Shown piece after piece: positions 9,344 through 19,100 of a stretch of 64,000 nt of DNA (positions are counted from its first letter, which is position 1; the number at the start of each line of letters is the position of its first letter). The DNA is from a virus. Location of the stretch: IMG/VR virus record IMGVR_UViG_3300025732_000020, positions 32,001 to 96,000 of that record. One strand, 5' to 3'. Below the pieces are notes generated by a model. That model saw nothing but the letters and a program-made list of their open reading frames with translations, had not been told where the DNA came from and searched no databases. Made by a program: the position numbers and the translations under genes.

Positions 9344-9556
9344 ATGAATAACATACAAGTAGATTATCAGATGCTGGTCGAGGTGATGCAGGAGAAACTC
9401 TCCGCTCAACTCGCGCAGATAGTAGCCCTAGAGGCCAGAGTTAGAGCATACGATAAAGCTCTCACAGAGGCGTTAGATAATGCCTCTCAAAATAAACCGA
9501 CCCGAGCGCGAGGAAAATCCGCCGTAGATACGGAACAGGACTTGGGATCGTACTAA
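9344..9556 (+). CDS. Small coiled-coil protein, possible fibre chaperone
   Basis: Heptad pattern LSAQLAQIVALEARVRAY; lies between two fibre genes. Confidence 0.6.
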   Translation: MNNIQVDYQMLVEVMQEKLSAQLAQIVALEARVRAYDKALTEALDNASQNKPTRARGKSAVDTEQDLGSY

Positions 9557-9578
9557 TCACCTATATAGGTAAATAAGC

Positions 9579-10736
9579 ATGGCAGCACCGGTCCTAAAAA
9601 TTCGTCGCTCGAGCGTTCAGGGGAGCGCTCCTACCACCACGCAGTTGTCTCTGGGGGAGCTGGCGATAAACACTTACGATGGCAGGCTGTTTTTTAAGAA
9701 AGACGTAACAGGCACTGAGACTGTTATGGAAACGGTTACGACTACTGATAGTCAGACCTTAACTAACAAGACTCTTACATCTCCAACTTTAACAACTCCT
9801 GCGCTTGGAGTTGCCACTGGTTCCTCATTAAGTTTAAATGGAACTGCAACTGATACACTAAGATTATCTGCAACTCCACCCGGAACGAACAGTAACACTG
9901 GATTTGTTGCAATCGGTCCAACTCTAACATTCAACGACACAAATAAAATTGCAACCTTTGTAAGTGATGCTAATAATTATGTGCAAGTTATTCTTCAAAA
10001 CAAAAACACGGGCGGTGCTGCATCTACAGACTTCATTGTAAATAACGATAGAATTGGTGGTACTAGTATCTACGGAGACTTTGGTATTAACTCGTCTGGA
10101 TATGCAACTCCTGGATTGTTTGGTGATATTGACGGTACATATTTATATGCTGCAGGTGGTACTCTTGCAATAGGTACTTTAGGGTCATTTGATTTTAAAA
10201 TTGGAACAAATAATACTACTGTATTAACTATGACTGCTGCCGGTAATACAACTATTACTGGTAATACGACCTTAACACTTGCTAATGCTCTTACGGCTTC
10301 AACAGGTCTATCACTTGACACCGGAACAACTTATGATGCTTCTGCTGCCAGAACACTTACAGTAAGCACCAACACAAGAACAAGAACAATCAACGTCATT
10401 ATCGATGGTGGTGGTGCTGTTATAACTACTGGCGTAAAGGCTGACGTTGTTGTTGACTTTAACGCAACTATTGTTTCTTATGATATTCTTGGGGATGGTA
10501 CTGGAAACTTAACTGTTGATGTCTCAAAGGCATCTTATGCCAACTTCCCAGGAACTTTTACTGCATCTGGTGGTACATCACCAGCATTATCAGGAGCACA
10601 AAAGAACCAAGCAAATATCAACTGGACGAACTTTACAACTATCACTGCTGGGGATATTTTAAGATTCACTGTCAGTGGCACACCAACAGTAATCACCCGA
10701 GCAACTCTGGCAATTTTAATAACAACCAGTTCATGA
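9579..10736 (+). CDS. Fibre protein
   Basis: N-terminal LKIRRSS...LSLGELAINTYDGRLFFK anchor; SQTLTNKTLTSPTL repeat; C-terminal domain starting IIDGGGAVITTGVK. Confidence 0.72.
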   Translation: MAAPVLKIRRSSVQGSAPTTTQLSLGELAINTYDGRLFFKKDVTGTETVMETVTTTDSQTLTNKTLTSPTLTTPALGVATGSSLSLNGTATDTLRLSATPPGTNSNTGFVAIGPTLTFNDTNKIATFVSDANNYVQVILQNKNTGGAASTDFIVNNDRIGGTSIYGDFGINSSGYATPGLFGDIDGTYLYAAGGTLAIGTLGSFDFKIGTNNTTVLTMTAAGNTTITGNTTLTLANALTASTGLSLDTGTTYDASAARTLTVSTNTRTRTINVIIDGGGAVITTGVKADVVVDFNATIVSYDILGDGTGNLTVDVSKASYANFPGTFTASGGTSPALSGAQKNQANINWTNFTTITAGDILRFTVSGTPTVITRATLAILITTSS

Positions 10737-10748
10737 TAGAATGATACT

Positions 10749-11033
10749 ATGGAACAAACATGTGACCCAACTTGTTGGATTGTTGAGAGGTCTGAAGATC
10801 GTGTGGTTTACGAGACTACAGAGGGAGAGAAATGGGAGATTGTTGGCAAGTGTAATCAGTGCGGTGAGTGTGAAGTAGGTTCCGACAATGAATATATAAA
10901 ATGGACCGGTACTCCAGTGGGAGAACCAAATGCCTGCTATGACATTCGTGGAGAGGATAGACCAGATAGTCCTGTTCGCCCAGAATGTAGTCAAAATTGG
11001 CCTAATTGTAGTTTATCTGGTAGATATTTGTAA
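10749..11033 (+). CDS. Small Cys-rich protein with CxxCxxC motif (putative Fe/Zn-binding)
   Basis: GKCNQCGEC plus further Cys (NACYD, PECS, PNCS); coupled to the next gene by a TAATG overlap. Confidence 0.6.
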   Translation: MEQTCDPTCWIVERSEDRVVYETTEGEKWEIVGKCNQCGECEVGSDNEYIKWTGTPVGEPNACYDIRGEDRPDSPVRPECSQNWPNCSLSGRYL

Positions 11034-11710
11034 TGGCAACACGTCTATATTTCCATAACGCATCAAACGCTCAAACAGGAACATTTCCAACTGTAGAGCA
11101 ATCTGCGGCTGCTGCGACTCAAACAGCGACTGGGGCTAATACATTAAGAACCATGGATACCAGTCTTGGTACTACAGTGGCTTCTTTAGCAGTTACCACA
11201 GGTGCCAACACCACGGCACAAAACCATTTCATGGGATACTTTTGTTCCCCGCCACTAGATGTAGCTCAGACAGTTGGTGGAGGCACGATGATTCTGAATG
11301 GAGCAGAGACAGAATCGAACCTTGCCGCGAACTGGTGGATTAACTCGCTTAATATATACGTCTGGAGACCAAGCACTGGGACTAAGGTGGGGACTATCCG
11401 CGATGCGGCTGGAACTTCTCTTGGTGGCACAGAACCTACCGCCGCATCTAGTAGACAAGTTACTCACATAACAGGAATTACATCCTCGGCAGTTTCCGCC
11501 GCTGCTGGGGATGTTGTTATCTGTGAAGTCTGGATTAGAGCAACCCAGGGCGCTTCTATGAGTTACACTGGCACGTTCTTTTACAATGGAACTACAGTAA
11601 CGACTACCGAAAACACAGTTGTAACTTCTCATGCATCCTTTATTGAACTTACGGAGAATTTAACCTTTGAAAGTGAAGCAAGAGCAAGAACGTACGTCAT
11701 TATCGTTTGA
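11033..11710 (+). CDS. Hypothetical virion protein (beta-rich, Thr/Ala-rich)
   Basis: 225 aa ORF closing the fibre operon; composition like a fibre tip domain. Confidence 0.6.
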   Translation: MATRLYFHNASNAQTGTFPTVEQSAAAATQTATGANTLRTMDTSLGTTVASLAVTTGANTTAQNHFMGYFCSPPLDVAQTVGGGTMILNGAETESNLAANWWINSLNIYVWRPSTGTKVGTIRDAAGTSLGGTEPTAASSRQVTHITGITSSAVSAAAGDVVICEVWIRATQGASMSYTGTFFYNGTTVTTTENTVVTSHASFIELTENLTFESEARARTYVIIV

Positions 11711-11733
11711 TGGGTATCTCTATCGCGTATTCG

Positions 11734-11747
11734 GTTTAAAGTTTAAA
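11734..11747 (+). promoter_or_regulatory. Tandem GTTTAAAGTTTAAA motif
   Basis: Intergenic, 11 nt before the ATG at 11759. Confidence 0.55.
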
Positions 11748-11758
11748 AAAATTACACA

Positions 11759-11956
11759 ATGAACCTCTCTAGCTCCGAGATGCAAAGTTTGCGAAGATGG
11801 GCCAACCTCAACGAGCAAATAAGAGCTCAGTCAACTCTGGCTCGTCAGGTTAGAACCCAATCAAGATTGGCTCAAGGACTCACCGAAGGTCCTGCGCTTC
11901 CGCCCCCAGGAGCCTATAGGCAGGGAGGTTGTTCCTCATGCCGGAGAATCAGATGA
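11759..11956 (+). CDS. Hypothetical protein with C-terminal CxxC (GGCSSCRRIR)
   Basis: ORF directly after the motif; ATGA overlap with the next gene. Confidence 0.6.
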   Translation: MNLSSSEMQSLRRWANLNEQIRAQSTLARQVRTQSRLAQGLTEGPALPPPGAYRQGGCSSCRRIR

Positions 11957-12246
11957 CATTAAGAAAACCAAGAAGACCATCTTCAACCTCTAATAAAATA
12001 GAAAAACAAGTGGAAGAGAATATAGAAAGAGCAATCGAGTTAGAAAAAGCTATAGAAGATATTACTGAAGCATTTGAAAAAACTGAATCTCTTATCGAGG
12101 AAGTTGATAAAGTTATCGAAAAACAAAAAAACACTGAATCTACAAGAGTATTTTTAGGCGATGAAGATCGTAGACTTCTTAAGAAATTCAATAAGTACAT
12201 TGTTAATAAACTTGGGATAGCCGGAAATAGGTCCTTCAAGATCTGA
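11953..12246 (+). CDS. Hypothetical coiled-coil protein
   Basis: ORF track starts at TTG 11929; the ATG at 11953 (ATGA overlap, GGAG upstream) is preferred; Glu/Lys heptads. Confidence 0.6.
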   Translation: MTLRKPRRPSSTSNKIEKQVEENIERAIELEKAIEDITEAFEKTESLIEEVDKVIEKQKNTESTRVFLGDEDRRLLKKFNKYIVNKLGIAGNRSFKI

Positions 12247-12273
12247 TATAATGGTATCAGAGATAACAATGTT

Positions 12274-12684
12274 ATGAAACCTGAGCTTATTACGGCCTAT
12301 ATGGACATCGCAGAAAGATTCGCTCAGGTTTCTAAGTGTAATAGGCTGAAAGTGGGGGCGATAATTGTAAAAAACGGGAGTATTCTTGCCCATGGATGGA
12401 ACGGTACTCCGAGTGGATATAAGACAAATTGTTGTGAAGACAAAAACGGAGTTACCTCGCCCTTTGTTCTTCATGCAGAGCAGAATGTTTTGGTAAAGAT
12501 GGCCAAGTCTACCGAATCCATTGAGGGAGCAGAATTGTTCTGCACCCACTCTCCTTGTTCTGAATGCTCAAAACTTCTCGCGCAAAGTGGAATTAAAAAA
12601 GTTTACTATAAGTATAAATACAGAATTACTGAAGGAATTGATGTCCTAAACGCGTTAGGAGTTGAGACTGAAGAGGTAAAATGA
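12274..12684 (+). CDS. dCMP deaminase (ComEB/T4 cd family)
   Basis: SKCNRLKVGAIIVKNGSILAHGWNGTP, HAE and PCSEC zinc-dependent deaminase motifs. Confidence 0.93.
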   Translation: MKPELITAYMDIAERFAQVSKCNRLKVGAIIVKNGSILAHGWNGTPSGYKTNCCEDKNGVTSPFVLHAEQNVLVKMAKSTESIEGAELFCTHSPCSECSKLLAQSGIKKVYYKYKYRITEGIDVLNALGVETEEVK

Positions 12685-13043
12685 ATTTTAATACCGAAGA
12701 AGAAAAAGAAGCACTAAAACGATCGCTTCTCAATACCGAAAATTTAAATGAGACTCTCGAGTGCCTAGAACAGATTCTAATCAATCGTACTCCTTTTGCT
12801 CTTTACATAGCTACTGCTGATAGATCAGATTGTATGTGGATTTTTGATCCAGGTACGGTATATGAGATGGTTGGTGGAGAGAAAAAATATAAAGATATTT
12901 ATGAGGAGATGTTTAGTAGCAAAGATGATGAGAGTATTGGGGTGATATTTTTTATATTAAAAAAAGTCGGACCTCTGTACTCGATCCGACTCGATATTGA
13001 AGTTATTGAAGAAGTTATAGAAGAATTATACGAGAATATCTGA
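12681..13043 (+). CDS. Hypothetical protein
   Basis: ATGA-coupled to the dCMP deaminase gene; acidic, no recognised motif. Confidence 0.65.
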   Translation: MNFNTEEEKEALKRSLLNTENLNETLECLEQILINRTPFALYIATADRSDCMWIFDPGTVYEMVGGEKKYKDIYEEMFSSKDDESIGVIFFILKKVGPLYSIRLDIEVIEEVIEELYENI

Positions 13044-14378
13044 TTAGATAGTTGTTTTAGCGTATTGCAAGGTCGATGTTGTGTCGACAATATTAGAAGT
13101 GACTTCTACTAGAGTTGCACTAGATGCAATCGGTGCTACCGACTCAAGAACTAGAGTTCCGTCGATTGCAACAAGATCTTGGGGGTCGTAGAATATATTT
13201 CCGTACTCGATGGGGTAGGTTCCCATCTTTGTTCCGTCCTTGGGAAGTTTGACGATAAAGGAGTTGATTTGTCCGATCCCCGGCGTGTTCTCTTGAGACT
13301 TCATTCCTAAATAGATATAGTCATCGGAGTTTATATCTAATCCAATAGGCTGTTCATATCCGGCTGAATGGCCTATTTGTCTGGCTCTGACAAATGAACC
13401 ATCTTTGTTATATGTGAAAATAGGTAGACCGACTGTATCGGCAATATTATACGTTCTTTTACCATAGAACAAAATTTTATTATCTGACATTCTGATATGA
13501 GATAATTCAGTAACGTCTTGCGTACTATCCTCACTGGTTATTATTTTTTGCCATTCTATTGACATCGGAGATGTCGGATTTATCTTTAAAATTGTGGGTG
13601 CTAGATTTAGCTCTTCAACATCAGAAAGAGATCCTGATAAATATACTTTATTCTCATCATCAACAAAAATCCCTCGCGCTGCTAGATTCCCTATCTTAAC
13701 AGAATCCAATAATTCGCCAGAAGAACTTATTTTATAGAAGATCGTGTGGGTTGTGGGTACACCATTTCCATAACAATGGGCGGTTATGTATAGATTACCA
13801 TCTGGTCCCACTGCGGAATTGCAAATAACTTCATTTGAAAAATCATAAGATTTTTGCCATTCGAGATTCCCTACTTGTGAATATTTTGCAACAAAAAGAT
13901 CATTGCCTCCACCTACAAGATATACATTTCCGCTACTATCAACGCTGAAAGAAGTAGGTAATATACTATCTGTACTTTCAGAAGGTTTTGTTAAGGACTT
14001 AGACCATAGAAGAGACCCAGAATTACTATATTTAACAAGATTTACTCTCGCGGAGATATACGTGTCCGGCTCGTGATCCATTGAGAGGAGGTAAACGTTC
14101 CCAAGGATCGCTTTAACGGATAATTGATCTAATATCCTAGACCCAACTGATGTCTTTCTCTGCCACAAGAGTCCACCGTCCGTAGTAAACCTCATCAAAT
14201 CACCGCCCGTACCATAGAAATATACATTCTCGTCGTTTACAGAGAACGTTCCCACTGAAGCGGAGATTTGTAATATCCAAGGCAGTATTGTTGGCGTAGG
14301 AGTTGGTGTGGGGCCAGGAGTTGGCGTTCCTCCTGCCATGTTATTCACCGCCGCCTGGATTAAAAATTTACCTAACAT
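13044..14378 (-). CDS. Beta-propeller protein (SBBP-like repeats) with Pro/Thr linker
   Basis: Repeats such as VDSSGNVYLVG, FVAKYSQVGNLEWQK, VGPDGNLYIT, VDDENKVYLSG; PTPGPTPTPTPT linker; start at 14378 by TGATG overlap. Confidence 0.75.
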   Translation of the reverse strand: MLGKFLIQAAVNNMAGGTPTPGPTPTPTPTILPWILQISASVGTFSVNDENVYFYGTGGDLMRFTTDGGLLWQRKTSVGSRILDQLSVKAILGNVYLLSMDHEPDTYISARVNLVKYSNSGSLLWSKSLTKPSESTDSILPTSFSVDSSGNVYLVGGGNDLFVAKYSQVGNLEWQKSYDFSNEVICNSAVGPDGNLYITAHCYGNGVPTTHTIFYKISSSGELLDSVKIGNLAARGIFVDDENKVYLSGSLSDVEELNLAPTILKINPTSPMSIEWQKIITSEDSTQDVTELSHIRMSDNKILFYGKRTYNIADTVGLPIFTYNKDGSFVRARQIGHSAGYEQPIGLDINSDDYIYLGMKSQENTPGIGQINSFIVKLPKDGTKMGTYPIEYGNIFYDPQDLVAIDGTLVLESVAPIASSATLVEVTSNIVDTTSTLQYAKTTI

Positions 14379-15292
14379 CACGCGTAACTTCCAATATATG
14401 CTCCGTACGCCCGAGTTCCCACCTTCCAAAAGACCAACGTATCTTTTGCTGTCAATGTTGGTGGAGTATTACCTTGTGCGCTAACCCAGGTCACACTTGG
14501 CCATGAAACAGTCGTGGCGCCCCCTCCTTCTAGCATTAGGACAACTGTTTGACCTTCTTCTAAACTCTCAGAGAATCTAATTTGGCTAGAACCTAGAGTT
14601 TTAGTCTGGATAGAACCATTAGCGGGATTTATATCAGATCCAGACAATGCATATACTTTTTCCTTTACTTCTTTTAAGATAATCTGATTATCCACAGTCA
14701 GTTCTTTGAGTATAGTTTCCCCAGTAACTGTTAGATTACCTGATATGGATAAATCATCACTGCTCTGTTTTGATAAAGATTCCACTCTAGATACTAGAGT
14801 ATCGATCGAAACTGACAATGAATCGATTATATCTGTCAACTCGTTCTGGTTTATTGTTAGAGTTTGAATCTTTTCTCTCTCATTTGAGATATTACCTTGA
14901 AGGTTTTCTTCTAAAGAGTTGATATCATCCTCTAGGAGTTGGAAAGCAGTTTCAAGATTAGAAATAGATACCGATGTTGCTTCAGAAAGTGCCGATTGAG
15001 CAGATGCAATTGCCGTAGTAAAAATTTTTAGATCACGAACTTTAGCATATGTTCTATCACCATACCTAACATTAACTATTCCACTTTCCGTGGTAGGATC
15101 CACTACCTCTGCCAAACTAACTCCTAGTTTGAGTCCACTTTTAACCCCACTGCCATCTTCAACAAAGATGGTGCCTTCTGTAGTAAATCCATCTTGGGAG
15201 AGAACTTCTCCCGTGGTTGAGATTTCTTGTCTGGAGATATTAAGTAATCCTCCAGCGTAATCCTCTATGTAACGAAAACGTAAATCAGCCAT
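14378..15292 (-). CDS. Fibre-like structural protein (coiled coil plus C-terminal beta domain)
   Basis: Central heptads; DLSISGNLTVTG; C-terminal INPANGSIQTKTL...VSWPSVTWV...DTLVFWKVG as in phage fibre end domains. Confidence 0.6.
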   Translation of the reverse strand: MADLRFRYIEDYAGGLLNISRQEISTTGEVLSQDGFTTEGTIFVEDGSGVKSGLKLGVSLAEVVDPTTESGIVNVRYGDRTYAKVRDLKIFTTAIASAQSALSEATSVSISNLETAFQLLEDDINSLEENLQGNISNEREKIQTLTINQNELTDIIDSLSVSIDTLVSRVESLSKQSSDDLSISGNLTVTGETILKELTVDNQIILKEVKEKVYALSGSDINPANGSIQTKTLGSSQIRFSESLEEGQTVVLMLEGGGATTVSWPSVTWVSAQGNTPPTLTAKDTLVFWKVGTRAYGAYIGSYA

Positions 15293-16100
15293 AGTATTCT
15301 TTAATCAGAGATTCTTCAAGATTAGTTGTAAAAAATGCGTACATTTGTGGCGGGATAATTGAAACTGGAGGGGGATTGTCCCACAAAACTAGCCAATTAT
15401 TACAGAGTAACATTCTAATTTTTGAGGATATCTTTCTGTTACTCCAGTCTATGGTATTACCTCTCAAATCGAGTACCGTCTCATACGTTTTTCTGAACAT
15501 GGAAAAAGTAGAGTTTGATGTAGAAGTTTTAACAGGATGAAAATCCCTTAATAGTTTCTCTTGGATAACCGAAGACATATTACAATTTCTAGCAATTAAC
15601 GCCTTTATTGAGCAATTATTGCCAAGATTTATTACATCTAAAAAGTTACAATTAGATATATTTAAAACTTCCAAATTGGGGGCATCGTGAATAAATATAG
15701 CCCTCATACTTCTATTACCCTCAAGATTTAAGTACTTTAAATTTTCTCTAGTAAGATTGAAGTTTGCATGTACTAACTTATTTTTTTGTAAATTAATTCT
15801 CTCTATTCTAGGATCAATTAAAGTATTTGTTTTAGCGTCGATCCAATGATCTTCCCAAGATAATATCCCTTGATTTGTCAATTTTAACTCATAGGGATCA
15901 TTTATATACTTATCCTCTATATTTAACTCGAGTAGATATGAGTCTACCATTTGTTTATATAGAAAAGCCGAGTTGTTAATAAATGAGTTTTTTGGATCAG
16001 GAAGATCAATATAATTAAAATTTCCTAGAGATTTCAGTCCAAACGATAGTTGCCTCTCGTCTTTTGACGTAACCTTAAAAAATGAATGTAGTTTTTTCAT
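15285..16100 (-). CDS. Leucine-rich repeat protein
   Basis: IERINLQKNKL, LKYLNLEGNRS, LEVLNISNCNF, LDVINLGNN, IKALIARNCN, VLDLRGNTI; ATG at 16100 by ATGA overlap (ORF track starts at TTG 16133). Confidence 0.72.
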   Translation of the reverse strand: MKKLHSFFKVTSKDERQLSFGLKSLGNFNYIDLPDPKNSFINNSAFLYKQMVDSYLLELNIEDKYINDPYELKLTNQGILSWEDHWIDAKTNTLIDPRIERINLQKNKLVHANFNLTRENLKYLNLEGNRSMRAIFIHDAPNLEVLNISNCNFLDVINLGNNCSIKALIARNCNMSSVIQEKLLRDFHPVKTSTSNSTFSMFRKTYETVLDLRGNTIDWSNRKISSKIRMLLCNNWLVLWDNPPPVSIIPPQMYAFFTTNLEESLIKEYYG

Positions 16101-19100
16101 TTTAATCTTCCTCCTGACAGCGTTCTTGGACAAAAATCAAGGTAATATTTACCATTTGATGGCGTAGCAAACTTCTTACATTTTACAATATTCATACACA
16201 TTTGATATTCAAATGGAGATTTGAATGTTGCACAATCAAACTCTGAACTTTTTTCGAGTTTTGCTTTTATTCCCTCTATAATTGCAAATTCAGTATTATT
16301 AAATTCGCTAACTTCTCCTCCTCCGTAACTAAACTTAATTGGCGTAGAAGATATACCTTTTAATATTGGTTCTCCTTTTTCTCCAAAGCCATTTATCTTA
16401 TTCTCTAATAAAGAGACATATGCAGGAGGAGAACTGAAAGAAGATGTAGGTACTAAAGATTCACTTGGTTTGAACTCAAGGAAAGATCCAAGTGGCCTAT
16501 CCACAGAGATAGATCCTACTGATGTTCCAGGTACAGTTTTATACTCCTCTGGATATAATGATTTATTAATTGATGGTACGCATCTATCCGCTAAATTTCC
16601 ATATATATCAGTACATTCTTTACCACCAAATCTTTGGCATGAGACTATAGGGTCAAATACTTTTAATATTTCTTGAGGTAAATTGGCCATTATCTCTTTC
16701 TTGGGTATATAAGAGACTCCTAATATAGAATTTTCAATTTCTGGCACTTCTCCTGCTTCCTTGTAGAGAGGAGGAGTCATATATTCCATTTTAGGAATAT
16801 TTATAGACATTGGAATAGTCTCGTATTCAGATGAAGGAGACCAGGCCTTAGTATCAACTACTTGGGTATTTGGATTAGATCCTGTTTCATATGTATTACT
16901 AATAAGATTGGCTAATTTATTTTCTTCAGAGATTTTAAAGAAGTTATTTATGATTATCTCTGGAGATTGCTTTATAACCTCGGTAAAATTAACATTATTT
17001 ATTGGGGTATTAAATAGTACTCTATACTGTTCTGGCGTAATAGAATTTACTATGGGGATTCTATTTGGTAATCTTGAATTACCAATTCCAGGGGACTCAA
17101 CTATGGGTGAGTTACCGGCTGTTATAGCTAGTTCTGGATTATCATCAGAAGACGAAAGAATATCTATTACAGTTTGATTTAAGGTATCAAATGATTTATT
17201 CTGTGAGTTAATTAACGCTTTAAATTTATTACTTAATACAGTTAATGATGAATAATCAAGACTAGATTTTAAAACATTTTCAACTATCCTCAGAGATTTA
17301 GAAATTGACTCAAATCCCTCAAGAAGAGTTAAAATGTTACTTTGTAAAGGATCACTTTGTAACTTAAAGTTATTAAGTTGTTGTGAATTTTTGTAAGTCC
17401 CGAGTCGGATACCTAATCCCGTTAAATTAGCATATTGAATGAACTTCGTGAAGTTACCTCCATTAAATCCATCTAATATCTGTCCTAATGCAGTCGTTGG
17501 TGAAGTTTCTCCTAGAAGAGTTATAAGTTCTTTTGGAGTTAATCCAACTGCTTTATCATAAAGAGCATTTATTAATTTTTCAGACGAGATATTACCTAAG
17601 TTATCACCAATGACTTCTGTCCATTCTTTCAATGCTATAGGGGCTAGACTATTAGTTTGTGCGTAGTCCAAGGATGGACTCATAAGTCCATCTTGATAAT
17701 TACCTTGGATGATTTGATCAATAATCCCGCTTAATAGGTTAATTTCATCTTTTGACTTTATGATATTTTCTTGGCCAGATTGAAATAAATAAGCAATTGA
17801 TTCTAGTAATGTTAGATTATTTTGTCCTAATATTTTGGTAAATTTTATTATCTGGTTTGGATCTATAGCGTAAGTTAGACCAATTAATAGTCCAATTAGT
17901 CTTGGATATTTACTAATATTGATATAGGTTGCTTTTGAAGGATCTTTTTGCGCTAAAGAAAGGATATTTAAGAGACCATCTACATCAGAGACAGAATATA
18001 AAAAGGAGAGATAAGCATCTATTCCATCTTGTCCACCTATTTGATATATTAACTGTGATAGTTCAAATCCTTTAAAGAAGGACTTAAGATCGTCTGAATT
18101 TGAAATAGGGGCAAAGGATGTTATTAAGTCAGAAAAGTTATTAATTGAAATAACTTTATTGATTTCGGATTCAGAAAACCCCAGGGATCTTAGGAAAGAA
18201 ATCAATACTGTGTTTTGCCCTTGGAATGAGATATTTGAGATATTAGGGATATACTCAAAAGAAGAAATACTTAATCGTGAGATACTTTCATATATTCCGT
18301 TAATTTGATCATTTACTGCGGCTGTAATTTTTAGAAGAAACTCTAAAGGATTACCAGGCAGTTGAGTGTATATAAATGTAGAGTATAACTGATCATATGA
18401 CTCCTTAATAAACTTAATAACTCCAGACATTCCAGGCTTTGGCCCTTCCCGTAAAGATTCCATATATGGGCTAGGAGGAAATACCCTCTGTAATTCTTTT
18501 AATTGCGGTTCTATAGAGCCTAATCCTTCCGATCCTGGAAGTTTTCCAGTTAAATCTAAGGAACTGAGCATCGACTGGACCAAGTCGCCTAGATATAGAC
18601 ATCTACTATAGAGTGTATTTATTGCAGAAGACAATAAATCTACGCTAGGTGGTATAGTATAGGAATTAGCCTTTATCTCCGCTGTATATCTATCTTTTAG
18701 ACCATCTTTAAATTGTGCATATATAGAGTTGTATGTGAGAGTTTTATTTTCTATAAAAGTATCATCAGGTACTTTTTGTCCATGTATAAAAGATTTCAGT
18801 TTTAAAAAACTATTTAAGAAATTTAATCCTGGAATTTTATTTAATGAAGTCGCGCCTGCAAATAAAACATCAAATTTTCCAAAAGATGACTCATTGTTAA
18901 TAGTAGCAAAAACATCAGAATTTAATCTGCCATACGCAGCTCCAAAAAGGTACTGGGAATATTTAGATATGTACTGAATCCCACCTATAATTGATCCCTC
19001 ATAACTTCCTATATAGTCAGAAAATATTTTTAGGCTATTTATACCTTGCAGAATAGACTTACCTTCTCCGCCAAAAGTCACGGTTAAAAGTTCTTCATTA

